Shown here: one piece after another, positions 24,425 to 37,549 of the stretch
How positions within the stretch are numbered: position 1 is the stretch's first letter
How the letters are laid out: the number at the start of each line of letters is the position of its first letter
NCBI GenBank assembly: GCA_051313645.2
Contig: JBNRSN020000026.1
Coordinates: 72,987,542 to 73,038,000, forward strand
Direction: 5' to 3'
Length of the DNA: 50,459 nucleotides
From: Centroscyllium fabricii
Lineage: Eukaryota
Position numbers and translations under genes: made by a program
Notes under the pieces: generated by a model
The model's database searches: none
Told to the model about the DNA's origin: nothing
Seen by the model: only the letters and a program-made list of their open reading frames with translations

Positions 24425-24541
24425 TCTGATATTATTGTCGACCGCGACTCATCTGAGTTTTTTTTGTGTTTAATGCAATGCTAATAAGAAACAGTTTTGG
24501 TGTAGGTACCGGACAGAAGTTAAAGTGAAGTTTCTCTGGAA

Positions 24542-25148
24542 GTCATAGAGTCATAGAGTTATACAGCACAGAAAGAGGCCCTTCGGCCCATCGTGTCCGC
24601 GCAGGCCATCAAGCCCCGTCTATTCTAATCCCATTTTCCAGCACTTGGTCCGTGGCCTTGTATGTTATGGTGTTTCACGTGCTCATCTAAATGCCTCTTA
24701 AATGTTGTGAGGGTTCCTGCCTCTACCATCCTTCCAGGCAGTGAGTTCCAAATTCCAACCACCCTCTGGGTGAAAAAGTTCTTCCTCAAATCCCCTCTAA
24801 ACCTCTCGCCCCTTACCTTGAAACTATGCCCCCTTGTTATTGACCCCTCTACCAAGGGAAAAAGTTCCTTTCTATTTACCCTATCTATGCCCCTCATAAT
24901 TTTGTACACCTCAATCAGGTCCCCCCTCAGCCTTCTCTGCTCCATGGAAAACAACCCCAGCCTGTCCAGTCTCTCTTCATAGCTGAAGCGCTCCAGCCCA
25001 GGTAACATCCTGGTGAATCTCCTCTGCACCCTCTCCAAAGCTATTACATCCGTCCTATAGTGCGGCGACCAGAACTGCACACAGTACTCCAGCTATGGCC
25101 TTACCAGCGTTTTGTACAGCTCCATCATAACCTCCCTGCTCTTATATC
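24542..25148 (-). mobile_element. CR1 LINE 3' fragment (second subfamily), ORF2 remnant
   Basis: ORF 24625-25080: QFWSPHYRTDVIALERVQRRFTRMLPGL...YEERLDRLGL...RRLRGDLIEVYK...FFTQRVVGIWNSLP, with a (ctctatga)n tail. Confidence 0.95.
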
Positions 25149-25218
25149 CTATTTGTTTCAAAATGGATGTCCCCACTCCCCCATCCCCACCATTCAGACA
25201 GACACATATACACAAGGA

Positions 25219-25417
25219 ATAACAACAGAACATTCTGGAAAAACTCAGCAGGTCAGGCAATATCCGTGGAGAGAAATATAGAGTCGACGTTTCGGGTTAG
25301 GATCCTTTGTCAAGAGTATATTTCTCTCTCCACCGATGTTGCCTGGCCTGCTGAGTTTTTCCAGTATTTTCTGTTGTTATTTCGGATTTCCAGCATCCGC
25401 AGTATTTTGCGATCGTG
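25219..25417 (+). mobile_element. PLE-like family B fold-back insertion with 14-bp TSD
   Basis: Inverted arms and a degenerate U3-A8 hammerhead (25282-25315, -) in the spacer. TSD catatacacaagga at 25205-25218 and 25418-25431. Confidence 0.85.
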
Positions 25418-26221
25418 CATATACACAAGGACCTGTCCGCACCCCCCACCCCACCACCACCATTACAACATTGCAAAATGAAACTGAGGGTTGCCACCAA
25501 TAGATTGAAAGTGATGTGAGCGCCGGCAGTAATCCGCAGCCATCTGTTTCTGCTAACCCTCGGGAAAACGTGGGAAGTGGATGGGACACTGCTCAGCAAT
25601 CCAACTGAGAACTGTAGACTCTGGAACTCCCGCGAACGTCCATCGAGTTCAAGATGTAATCGTCCGTTTTCACTTGGGCACCCAGCAATCAAAACCAGAT
25701 CCATTTCAAATTGTAGGAACTTAAAAAAAAATTCCCAGATTGTTCTCTGCGGCTTCTTTGTAGGGGTTTCAAGTCTAAAATTATTTTCTAACCAGACAAT
25801 TCATCTGCCAGGGGAAAGGAGACATGACAATAAATAAACTGACAAAAAGTTATTACTGTGTGCAGCCATTGCGAAAACCAAATGGCACGGCCACAGCATG
25901 CGAAAGATGCAGTTTACCCAAGACCATGAGCGGCTATCCTTTTCTCAAGAAGATTATAGAAAATTGGAAAGTGCAATCTCCCGGAGCATTGACATTTGGT
26001 TCATTTCTAAAAAGAGAAATTGAGAAATACTTACCAAATTAAGTATTAGAGAGGTTACAACCCCGCCCCCTCCCCCCAAAAACGAATAGGATAATAGAGG
26101 CGTCATTAATAACAAGAAAATGTTATAATTGAATTATAAGGGTCAAAGCATATAGAACGGCCCAGAGGCTTGAAACCAAGTAGTTTCCTTACATTACTGA
26201 GTTATTCGCCCCCCCCCCCCC

Positions 26222-26505
26222 CAAAGATCCAATGGCACCATTTCAACGAAGAGCAGTGGGGGGCTGGGTGTTGTCCCCGTGTCCTGGGGCCAATATTTAT
26301 CCCTCAATCAACATTACAAAAACCAGATTTTCCGGTCATTATCACCGTGTTGTTTGTGGGAGCTTACTGCGCGCAAATTGGCTGCCGCGTTCCCCACATT
26401 GCAACAGTGACTGCACTTCAAAACATGTACTTCATTGGCTGAAAAGCGCTTTGAGACGTCCGGTGGTCGTGAAAGGCGCTATAGAAATGTAAGTATTTCC
26501 TTTTT
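26222..26505 (+). mobile_element. Deu-domain SINE 3' half
   Basis: aaagatccaatggcacc...gtgggagcttactgcgcgcaaattggctgccgcg...gaaaggcgctatagaaatgtaag. Confidence 0.8.
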
Positions 26506-27079
26506 TGTCAGTGGACTCCACATTCGCGTAGATCACACTAATATATCTTTTAGGTTCCCTGAATAAATAAATACAATATTTCATTGCTCGAAGCAGAATA
26601 TTACCAGGGCATCCTCGTGAACCCTCAGTCGCTTAAGGTTCCTTGGAGAGACCTAATGAGGAGCATAACTGCGAAATACATGTTGCAGGGCATGTAGGAT
26701 GTGCTGGTGGAAATAGTTGTGATTCTTTAAATAATGGAATTCACCAGACGTCCGCCTTTATCATTAATCGTTGGCCCATCACGCTTATTAATTTTAGCTG
26801 AAACCCTGTTAAATATTTACAATATGTTATCATTGCAATAACTGATTCGACGACGGACTATAGTGTGGATGTTGTCTGGAGCAAAAACAGCTCTATATAA
26901 TGAACATTATATATATATTATTAAATATCTTATGAACCTACCAACCTAAAGGGCGGTTGATTACTTTCCAGCTATCTGCCATGTTTTAACTGCTTCCTGG
27001 GAGGCCGCCTGGGAATATTAGGAATACCAAGGAGGTGGGACGTGTGTGTGGGGGGGGGGGGGGGGGGCAGTGCAGGTAT

Positions 27080-27172
27080 GAAGTGTTTAGTCGCGATGCT
27101 CCGGCCCTCATGGTGTGGGGCAGGCTTGATGGACCAGCTGGTCTATTATTGCCCGCCAATCTCTTGTGTTCA
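27080..27172 (+). repeat. Short interspersed repeat with a CR1-like 3' end; second copy at 33560-33653 (-)
   Basis: gaagtgtttagtcgcgatgctccggccctcatggtgtggggcaggcttgatggaccag...tattattgcccgccaatctc is present in reverse at 33567-33653. Confidence 0.75.
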
Positions 27173-27284
27173 TAACAATACGCTTCAATACTTCAAACCT
27201 TGTGCCAGGAATGTCTGAAATATGTGTAAAGGCTGCGTGGTGTATTAATAATAGGCACATATTGTGTCTTATCTTCAGCTGGTG

Positions 27285-27670
27285 GAATTTAAATTCAATT
27301 CAATTTAATTCTGGAATTAAATGTTAGTCTTAGTGATGGCGACCATGATACCATTGTGGATTGTTGCAAAAGCCCATCTGGTTCACTAATGTCCTTTAGG
27401 GAAGGAAATCTGCCGTCCTTACCTGGTCTGGCCTACATATGACTCCAGACCCACAGCAATGTGGTTGACTCTTAATGCCCTCTGAAATAGCCTAGCAAGC
27501 TACTCAGTTGTAAACAACCGCTACGCAACATTGTGGGTGCACCTACACCATATGGACTGCAGCGGTTCAAGAAGGCGGCTCACCACCATCTTCTCGAGGG
27601 CAATTAGGGATGGGCACTAAATGCAGGTCTAGCCAGCCAGCGACGCCCACATCCCGTCAACGAAAAAAAC
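27285..27670 (+). mobile_element. Shark interspersed retroposon (SINE-like with LINE-derived tail)
   Basis: aatgtcctttagggaaggaaatctgccgtccttacctggtctggcctaca...ggactgcagcggttcaagaaggcggctcaccacc...gacgcccacatcccg plus an A-rich end. Recognised from memory as a common elasmobranch repeat; single copy here. Confidence 0.6.
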
Positions 27671-28333
27671 ATTAAAAAAATAATAGTCACGGAGTGTCGA
27701 GTAACAGGGCATATTTTAGGACTTCCTGATTGATTCGGATTATCTCTTGGCGTTTATCTGCAAACTCACCTGGACCAGGGTCAAGGATTCTCTGAATGGA
27801 AAAGGCACAACTGTCCGATTAAGCTGCTTTGTTGCAAATAACAGGGGCACACAACAGCGACCATGATATGGAGAACCAGGGAGGTCTGTCTGTACTGTAC
27901 ACGTTATGACTTTTTAAACAGCACGACCACCCTTGAAGGGTTAATCTGCTTTGTTTTCAAACTGCAAAGTTTTATGGGCTGTCTTCACATAAGGTTCTGC
28001 TTACAAGCCCGACCTCATCGGGATCCTCCATAAGTTCAATCTTTTTTCCCCCCCTCAAAAATAGCGCCTGCTGCAGGAATCCGTCGCCTCCTCCTCTATG
28101 ATGTCATGCTTAACTCGGTCCCTGGAAATCGTTCAACCTTTAGCCCGTGGAGAGCCGGGCAGCAAACGTTTGGCAAATTCGGCTGTAAATACACGTACAG
28201 CAATTAGGACCTGTTTGAAAATACAAGAGGGAATATTCGCCTAATGCACAATCTGCGGATAAACTTTTAGCTTTCATTTCCAAAAAAAAAGAATGATAGA
28301 CTTGCATTTAACTAAAATAAGGACAGAAACTTG

Positions 28334-28701
28334 AAACTTATAAAATTCTAACAGGTCTGGACAGACTAGATGCAGGAAGGATGTTCCCGATGGCCGGGGA
28401 GTCCAGAACCAGGGGTCACAGTCTAAAGATATGGGTAAGCCATTTAGGACAGAGATGAGGAGGAATTTCTTCACCCAGAGAGTGGTGAACCTGTGGAATT
28501 CTCTACCACACAAGGCAGTAGAGGCCAATTCATTAAATATATTCAAGAAGGAGTTGGATATATTACTTAAGGCTGAAGGATATGGGGAGAAGGCAGGGGC
28601 GGGGTACTGAGTTTGGATGATCAGCCATGATCTCATTGAATGGCGAAACATGCTCGAGGGGCCGAATGGCCGGCTCCTGTTCCTATCTTCTATGTTTCTA
28701 T
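28334..28701 (+). mobile_element. CR1 (HER1-like) LINE 3' fragment
   Basis: Collinear with 23150-23533. Confidence 0.9.
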
Positions 28702-28879
28702 GAAAATGCTGGAAACACTCAGCGGGTCAGGCAGCATCTGTGGAGAGAGAGAAACCGAGTTAACGTTTCAGGCCGATGTCCTTTCGTCTCTCTCCACAGA
28801 CGCTGCCTGACCCGTTGAGCATTTCCAGCATTCTCTGTTTTAGTTCAGATTTCCAGCCTTCGCAGTATTTTGCTCTTGT
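28702..28879 (+). mobile_element. PLE-like family B fold-back copy
   Basis: gaaaatgctggaaacactcagcgggtcaggcagcatctgtggagagaga ... tctctccacagacgctgcctgacccgttgagcatttccagcatt plus tail; a partial B2 hammerhead lies in the spacer. Confidence 0.8.
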
Positions 28880-28945
28880 GCTTGCATTTCTATAGCGCCT
28901 TTCACGACCGCAGGACGTCCCAAAGCGCGTTACAGCCAATGTATT
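28880..28945 (-). mobile_element. Deu-domain SINE 3' tip
   Basis: cttgcatttctatagcgcctttcacgaccgcaggacgtcccaaagcgcgttacagccaatg. Confidence 0.7.
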
Positions 28946-29010
28946 CATGAAAAAGGTCTAACATGAAGTGGAATCTTAGTCAGAACCCTACATGTTGCAC
29001 AATATATGAC

Positions 29011-29290
29011 ATGATGTGGAGGTGCCGGTGTTGGACTGGGATGGACAAATGCAAGAAGTCACACAACACCAGGTTATAGTCCAACAGTTTTATTTGAAAT
29101 CACAAGCTTTCGGAGCGTTGCTTCTTCGTCCGGTGAAGTGAAGAGATGCATATAGGCACAGCAGGTACACCTGTGATTGCGGTTCATGTCTCTCTGCCGA
29201 GGTGTGATGAAGGGCAGTTGGAAAGATAACCTGTAATCATCCAGCATTGTTCTCCGACTATATATGCTGTGTTTAAATGCATCTCTCTAC
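29011..29290 (-). mobile_element. PLE-like family A copy with degenerate hammerhead (29100-29136, core CGGACGA)
   Basis: Full tail atgatgtggaggtgccgg..., arm and internal sequence. Confidence 0.82.
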
Positions 29291-29538
29291 TCCAAAGATG
29301 TGCAGGTTAGGTTGATTGGCCATGATAAATTGACCCTTAGTTTTAGGGGGATTGAATATGTGGGGTTACGGGGATAGGGTGGGATATGTGTTGATGCAGG
29401 CTCGATAGGGATATGGGGAGAGGGCAGGGGCGGGATACTGGGTTTGGATGATCAGCCATGATCTCGTTGAATGGCGGAGCAGGCTCGAAGGGCCGAATGG
29501 CCTACTCCTGCTCCTATCTTCTATGTTTCTATGTTTCT
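29291..29538 (+). mobile_element. 5'-truncated HE1-like V-SINE
   Basis: Near-identical to 6416-6670. Confidence 0.88.
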
Positions 29539-30576
29539 TGCATTTGTATATTTCATCCTAGGCATGAACCGAAACTTCGAAAAGTACTTGCATGTTAGTT
29601 ATATTTTTTCCTCTCTCTTTGTAGTCTGAGTTCTGCTATCTCGCGGATTGCTTTGTTCGCCTGCTGCAGTAGTTAACCTGGTTCTATTCTCACAGATGTT
29701 GTAGCAACGGTTGTGCCCCAGTCTCAGTGCAGTACATATAGCAGTAGGCTGTTAATCCAGCGTGTGTACTGTGACACATTCTGCAACTCAATGAGCTGCA
29801 ATTTTTTTTAAATTTAGAAATGATATTAATGCTTCGTGTTGCCTGGTACTAAACTCCACGCCCAATCACGACGCTTTTAATAGTTGTAGATGGACCAATG
29901 TTATTTTCAGTTTCGCTTCGTGACTTTAATAATTAATTCATATTGAAAGGGAAGGACATGATATGGATCGTCAGCAACCTGGAAACTGGGGTTGTGTTTC
30001 CAGAAATGAGGCTGATTGGATTACTGGGATAGGGTCAACATCACACACGGTTAATAATAATGACTAACGGCTATTCTGGCCAGAAGCTGTACGGTGCTGA
30101 GGGAGGGTCTCCCGCCTCCGGTAGGGAAGCAAGCGATCGTGCAACTGGCTTCTGGGAGAGAAGCAGCGTCCCTGGGGAGTAAAGCGACCTCAAAAAGCGA
30201 CTTGTGGGTCGTGATGGGGGGTGGGGGGGTGGGGAGGAGGGGGAGCGATTGGGAAGCAACAATCGGGGAGAGAAACCCTGGCTTCGGGGGTGGGTGGAAG
30301 GGTAGCCGTGCTAGATCCACAGTGCGTGGAAAGAGCTCCTGGCGTCGGTGGAGAGAAACAGGGCCTCTGTGCAACCTCATGGAGATAACAAGCTACGGGG
30401 GGTGGGGTGGTGGGGGGAGGTATTCTGGGTGTATTGAGGGAGGGTCAATGGTGGAGACAGGCTGTCACATGGAGAACATGTCTCCCTGAGGGCGGTTGAA
30501 ATCCTTGAAACCTCGATTACAATGGCATTTGGTACCTTTACCAAAAACAGAGGTAAAAGTGTCCACAATGCAAGGT

Positions 30577-30703
30577 CAGAAAACGCTGGGGAAACTCAGC
30601 CGGCCAGGCAGCATCGGTGGAGAGAGAAACAGAGTTAACGTTTCCCCAGCGTTTTCTGTTGCTGTTTCGGATTTCCAGCATCCGCAGGATTTGGCTATCG
30701 CTG
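30577..30703 (+). mobile_element. PLE-like family B fold-back insertion with 11-bp TSD
   Basis: Inverted arms cagaaaacgctgggga / tccccagcgttttctg plus tail. TSD caatgcaaggt at 30566-30576 and 30704-30714. Confidence 0.85.
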
Positions 30704-33344
30704 CAATGCAAGGTGTCGAGCACTATGATCATGCTTCAATATTTTACATTGCCCACTTCCTGGAAACCGACCCAGTGTTCAATTCCCTTCGCGGAACGAA
30801 GGACTGGAATAGATGTTGTGTCATTCTTCCAATATGTATGTCTTTACAGTGAGTTTGCAGGACTCCGGGGAAGGGGCGGGGTGGGGTGGGGGGTGGGGGG
30901 AGTGAGACTGGCTGAAGTGCTCTTGCAAAGAGTCGACACGGGCTCGACGGGCCGAATGGCCTCCTTCTGCGCTGTGACCATTATCTGATTCGGGCACACT
31001 CCAGCTTATTGCTTGGTATCTCCGCCACTCGACACAGTTCAAAGAAATTCGGACAAAAAAAATGCTTTCAATCTATCACTTTATATGGGGTGCAGCGCCA
31101 TTCTGATTATCTTGGGGGTAAAGGCTGGAGCGGGGCGCAAAGCTGACAGTGACGACTCCGCGATCAGCCAGACAGAAGATTTCGCTCTACTTATACGCGG
31201 TCAAATCAGGCTGAGAGAGGCGGAACTGGCTCAGTCTCTCCAAAGCAGTCTGAAGCCCAGTCACTGCTGAAAGAGAGAGGGGAGGGAGAGAGAGAGAGAG
31301 AAAGCCATTGTATCACACTATGCACTGGTGGGGGGGGGGGGGGGGGGGGGCGGCAGTGACAGATAGCAAATCAACTGGAATTAACTCGCGAGAAATGTAA
31401 ATGGATTGGACGGGTTCGAAGACAAGAGCAAAACAGAGTGAATGAAGCTTTTAATGCCTGCTGTCAACAATGGAGGAATTTGCCTGCTTGTGGGGCACTT
31501 GGGGTCATGAAAACAGTCCCCCTGTGAGAGGCATGCGCCAGGAGTGACACCCGGGGGCCCCTTTCTTTATCATCCCACCCTCCAATAGCCGTCCATTTAT
31601 TAACACCGGGATCTAACCGCTTCTTGAAGAGAAGAATGGCCCTTTGCAAAAAAAATGGTGCCAAATAAAATGATTCTCCCTTTGTCCCTGATCAGCAAAT
31701 ACTGCAGAAAATGTTGGGGAGAACGGGTCCCTGTCTGGGAGAGGGGTGGGCTGGGGCTGGGGCGGGGGAGAGAGTCTTTTGAATCAACATTCCTATTAGC
31801 AAATTACCAAATAAAACTGGGGCAGACTGTGCGATGGGAGGGATATAATCTGAAGCACATACTTGTGGGAAGCTTAAGAAACATCACAGGATCAAGACAG
31901 TTACTGGAATATTAACTAGAGCCAATTAAAGGCGTTTTTTTTAATGTGTCTCATATGGGGGTGAAAATGTTAGAGGCGCCCGACCAATCAACCCTTCGAA
32001 TCCAGCGCCCATGAAACATAAGAGGGTTGTTTTGAATTCCTTGTTGGCATTTGGAGGAAAGGCCGTCGGAATGTGGCGTCTATGAAACCTGGTAATGCGG
32101 AGCTGGAGATTCCCATTGACTTGGAACGCCACAGCTTATAGCAGCTTAAAATAGACGCTGTCTTCACTTATGTATGCTGGTAGGGTAGGTTTGTGTTTTG
32201 CATTACTTGTAATTAAAAAAACCCACAAGGACGCGTTCAATGGTTAAAAAAATAAATAAAATATAAATTGATTTCTTTAAAGTAGAAAATCATTAATTGA
32301 TATTTTAATTGCCAAGCCTCAATCCAAGCAACCAGCGGACCAAGCCTGGCGAAGAAGCACTAAAGGTATGCTCGCACTACATTGGATTATTCACACTCCT
32401 CCTCTCAGCCATATCATGACTTTGCACGACATTGAAAATCAATAGAAAATGGCGGAAGCTCTGTTGAAATTCACCGGCATTCCTGCCTTACCCTTCTGAA
32501 ATACAATATCTTTCCGCGTTCAGTAGCACTGCACAGGACTGTGCGAGAAGGGTGCTATAAAAACTCCATCCCACCGGCTACTTTTTAACTCTTCATCAGG
32601 TCCCCCAATTATCACAGAACTCTCACAGAAATAAAATAAAATCCTCCCACAATAACACGCCGGAACGTTCGCTTCCCATCTTTTCTGGGAATTTTCAGAA
32701 CTGTTTCTCCTGATTAAAATAATGTGCATTGGAAAACAACAACAACAACTCGTTGTTTCCTGACAGTGTCGAGTGAGTGCAGGATGGTTGTCAATTTATG
32801 TCACAATGGCCATATAGCAGCCCCTATCAGGTGTCAACTGCAGAGGGGATATTGAAACGTGCACGCTGGAACTTGTCATTTGTGACATTTACTGTCTCTG
32901 GACTCCCTCCCTCCAAAAGAGACAGACCACTCCCGCCAGGCACCGGAGCGCCCACAGTCCGTGCGGAACCGAGATCCACGTGGAAGTTGAGTGGTGACCG
33001 CTCCATACATCAAGGCAAAACCGATGGGATCGCAGGCTGAATGGGAACACGTGAGACAGGGTTAAACACAGGACAAGCAATGTACAGAAGAACAAGCAGC
33101 ACCTTCATTTCAACATTTCAGTGAAATGGCGTTGCAAGCATGAAGCTTGACAGCTATTAATTCAAAAAGGTCCGTCTTCGCAATTGACGTGATTCCATCA
33201 TATTTCAATCCAGTTACTTTATTCCAATAAAATGTTGGACCGTTTGGTTCAAGCTAAAGTAATAAGCGCCGATTGGTGGCAATTTAACTAGAAGAAAACA
33301 TTTTCTTCAATTTGAGTTATGTAGCTATATCATTTTATTTTATT

Positions 33345-33455
33345 GAAAGAAAGATTTGCATTTCTATAGCGCCTTTCCCAACCTCGGGACCGTCCCAAAG
33401 CGCTTTACAGCCAATGAAGTACTTTATGAAGTGTAGTCACGGTTGTAAAATCGGA
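33345..33455 (-). mobile_element. Deu-domain SINE 3' fragment
   Basis: aaagaaagatttgcatttctatagcgcc...cccaaagcgctttacagccaatgaagtac. Confidence 0.75.
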
Positions 33456-34354
33456 AATATTGTAATGTTGGGATATATTTAACTAGGATATACCAATTAA
33501 AATGCGTGCGTGATTTTTTAAAAATCGAGAAACCGAGTTGTAGCATCCTGGCACCAGACACACAGCCGAGATTGACGGGCAGTAATAGACAGGCTGGTCC
33601 ATCAAGCCTACCCCACACCATGAGGGCCGGAGCATCGCGACTAAACACTTCATCCCTCCTCCTCCTCGCCTTCCCTCCAACCTCCCCCCCGCCAAAAAAA
33701 ACCCCGGTAATTTCCAGGCAGAGGCAAAAAAAAACTGAGAAAAAAAAACCAGGGCCAATAAAGGGGAAAATACTCTGGAAAATTCATGGAGAGTTAAATC
33801 AGGAATTAATCATAGGTGACGTCAAGCTTGTGTTTTTTTTTTACAATGGTGAAGGTTGTTGGGGGAGTGAAGCACTGAGGGGGGGAAGGAGTTCTGCAGT
33901 TCTGGGGTCGTTGGAAAGAATGAGTTCGAGTAGGAAACAATCCGTGATTTTTGGTTCCAACATTTAGACCTTAGAAAACGTGAGAGCCTTTCAGAGAGCA
34001 CTGACCACATTTGGTAGGGAAAACCAGAAGGATCGGAAGCGCAGGGGGAGTGACGGTATTGTGGGATGCATATTCAGTTGTATTTTTTTTAATTTGTTCT
34101 TGAATTCCACGGGAGGCCGGCGGGGTTTCTGTGAGCGAATGAATATTGCCCAAGACACCAGAATCATCACCGTGAGTGTTGGAGCAGGTTCAGATAGAGT
34201 TGGTCAGGAACCAATAGGACTACATAATCGGTCGCTGGCCAAACCCTCAAAATATGTGGAACACACTCTGATTACAATTGCCCATTTATCATGCTCGCAC
34301 ACCAGAAGACATAAACAGGCGACTTTCAAGGGCAGAATCATTTTCTTGAACGAT

Positions 34355-34705
34355 GAACTTGCATTTTTATAGCTCCTTTCACGACCCCAGGGCGTCCCAA
34401 CCAATCATGAAGCGGAGTCACTGTTGAAATGTAGGAAACGCGGCGGCCAATTTGCGCACAGCAAGCTCCCACAAACAGCAACGTGATAATGACCAGATGA
34501 TCTGGTTTTTAAATATTTGAAATACAAACAGAAAATGCTGGAATTACTCAGCAGGTCAGGCAGCATCCGTGGAGAGAGAAACAGGGTCAATGTTTCAGGT
34601 CGATGACCCTTTGTCAGAACTGGAAAAAAGAGTTAAAGATGTAACAGATTTTAAGATGTAAAAACTTTTTTTTTTGTGATGTTGGTTGAGGGATAAATAT
34701 TGACC
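34355..34705 (-). mobile_element. Deu-domain SINE with a nested PLE family B copy (about 34517-34660)
   Basis: SINE core at 34355-34510, family B sequence cagaaaatgctggaattactcagcaggtcaggcagcatccgtggagagag with a degenerate hammerhead, then the SINE resumes at gatgttggttgagggataaatatt. Confidence 0.75.
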
Positions 34706-37549
34706 TGGGCTTGCTCTGTCGTCAGAAGTTGCTGAAGGTTGAACGGCGTTTGTTGGTTGAACTAGAGTCGCGTTAGCACAATTGGTTTAACTGCTAACTG
34801 GGGGATGTTGGGTTAATTGTTTCTTGGTTGACAACTTTGTGATGTATTTACTCCCATGACCTCACCCACCATTACACCACTAGCTCGGTCGACCAGTAAG
34901 GGCGTAGATGCATTGAGAAAAAACCTAAAAGGAACAACATAAATATTTCGCGTGAGAGACAAAGGAAGGAAATGACAGCCAAGTTGGAAGCACCATTTTG
35001 TTTCGCGCCGTGTACACGGTCAGGTAGTCGGGAATGCCCACTGTGTCCGGACCACCGGCGCCTCGCCCCCACCAGACTATCAAAATCATAAATTCAAAAT
35101 CACCCGATCAGCGTCGGCTGCACACGAGAAGTGACTTAGACCCGGGACCATTAACAAGCAGAATCCTGTAATTAAAATGTGGAATTATATTTCAATCAAA
35201 CTGTTTGATAATTGTGGAGTAATTAGGGGAAAATGGGAGGCTAATCGCTTTCATCGTTGCTATTTCGACACCAAGGGGCGGGCACTGTTTGAACTATCCT
35301 GTTGTTATTAAACTGAACGCAGGTTCAAAAGACTCAAATGTTATGTCACATAGTACGTGCTTTTGGTTTTTGGCTTGTTAATTGGGAGAAAGTGAACCCG
35401 GTCACTCATCAACAGGACCCGGTGGAATTGTACAACGGGTCGGCCAGCAATGTGAAAGAGAAAGATAGGTTGACGTTCCGAGTGGGGAAGGGGGCGACTG
35501 TTCAAATGAAGGGTCTCCCAAACATTCACCGATCTTTCGCTCCCAGGTGCCGACTGGTCTGCTGTCCATTTCCAGCGTTGTTTTTTCTTTTAAATTCGGT
35601 ATTCCCAACATTCGCGGTTTTAATTTGCGCCCCATCCATGCATCAGATTGTCGCAGTCAAGCTGCGATGAGTTTGGCTGTAACGAGGGTCAGTCTGATAT
35701 CTGAGCAACGTGCCAAATGAGGTAAGACCCCCGACGAGCCAGACACCAATTGCAAGCGGTAAAGATTTGTTAAATGTGCCTTGGCCCTGTTTGGTCTGCT
35801 CTTGGACAAATCCCTTCCCTGAGAGCTTTGAGCGGCCCAGATTTTAAAGCTGATCAAAAATTGTACTTCAGCCACCATTCACTTTGTATAACGTAAGATG
35901 GGCGCAGTTAGAATCTGAACTAACCTCAGTCAGATGAACCCAACCACCATATTTATTCCCGGGGCCAGAGGAACGTAGTTCGGTGGAAGAGACATTCTTG
36001 AAGAATGTACAATGGGGCCAGTGTCTATCTGAAGCGTGGTCTACTCAAATAGTCACCGTTTAGAATCGAAACTGTGCGTAGAAGAAATAATCATTTTTTA
36101 AAAAGGCGTCCGGTTCCTAAAAGGCACAGAATCTGCGATTTATTTGTTAATCGGCAATGTGTCATTCTTAGAGTTGGTCCTCTCGTCGTTTGATGTCGCA
36201 TATCGGTCAATGGACGTGGGTCTCCTCTGGCTTGGCTGAGGATTTCAATTCCTGGTCCATTTTTAAAACCCTACCGACAGCCACCGCCCCCTCCTCTCCA
36301 GCACCCCCACCCCCACCATCTCCCTCCCGTCCCCCCCCACCCCCAAATCACCGCAGTAAAGCGAGATCATTTATTGGCTCAGCGAGGTGGGTGGGTGGGT
36401 GTGGGGATCCTGAACCTGTCAGCTTGAGGTGGCGGTGGGACAGAAGGGGAAATCCTGTGGCTTCGAAGGAATCGCCGGGAAACGCAAAGAGTCAGAGACC
36501 TGGGCATGGGTCCCCGCGGTGCAGATCCCACATCTTTCAGCCCATGTTTGTTTGGGATCCCGAGCTCGCTAACAAATTTCGTCTATTAAAAAGATTTCTT
36601 CTTCCTCATTTACTTTCGTGTCAAGCAGGAAACTCGCGTGGAACCGGACGAGTCCGGCGCGCGCTCTCTCCACGCACAATATTATATATATAATATAAAT
36701 ATATAATATGTCAGTGATAGAACTGGGAGTTGACTTGCTGGCGCCCTGAAACTCACAACTTCCGCGCGGTGAAACACCCGCCATGTCTTGGACTAAACTG
36801 TTAAACCGATTGTATATATTTCCGATCAGAAATCGGTTTGGATCGATCTCGGCCAAAAATTAAAAATCAGAAAAATGGTTCATTAATCGACACACTCTGC
36901 ATTAGTTGGGCAGCGGCCTTTATTGGATTTTTTTATGGCATCCTAATATATATATCTTATATATGTGTGTATTGCCAAGGCACCGCCCGCGATTGTATTT
37001 TGTTTGAAATGGTCACAGGCAAAAAAATAATAATAGCAATATTCACAGGCAGGCTTTAAGGTGAAAGTGTCCAGTGCTGGTAGTGTGGGTGGAATGAATG
37101 AACGCCACGCCGATTATATGGGATTCAGGAGTGTCGAGTGATTAATAATTCCATATGTTCAGGTGTTGCCGGGTGTATCTACAGTGTTACAAAAACGTCA
37201 AGCGGCGATTCAGGGTAAATTCTGATCTGTACCTTTGCACTTGTGTTGAGGGCAGCGTCTATTCCCACCCCCACCCCGAGCAGGGCAACTGAAAGCGGGC
37301 ACCCATCCCAATTTCAAACATCTTAATTATTAATCTACACGCCCCAAAATCACTTGTGGTGTTGGGGGGTGAATAACACACACACACAATACTAGAGGCA
37401 AGTGAAACTCGCCTTTTTCTTATTTTGTAAGTATTGATCTGCATAATATCCAAGGGTTTATATTTTATAAAATGTCACATTTTAATCTTTGTCTTTTTAA
37501 TACTGCTGCTACTGCAGCCTGCCCCCCTCCTCCGTTGTGTGCCCGTCTC

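Noticed and set aside
31013-31270. 85-aa ORF with a hydrophobic stretch (MGCSAILIILGV...)
   Set aside because: No recognisable homology or splice structure; treated as non-coding unless expression data show otherwise.
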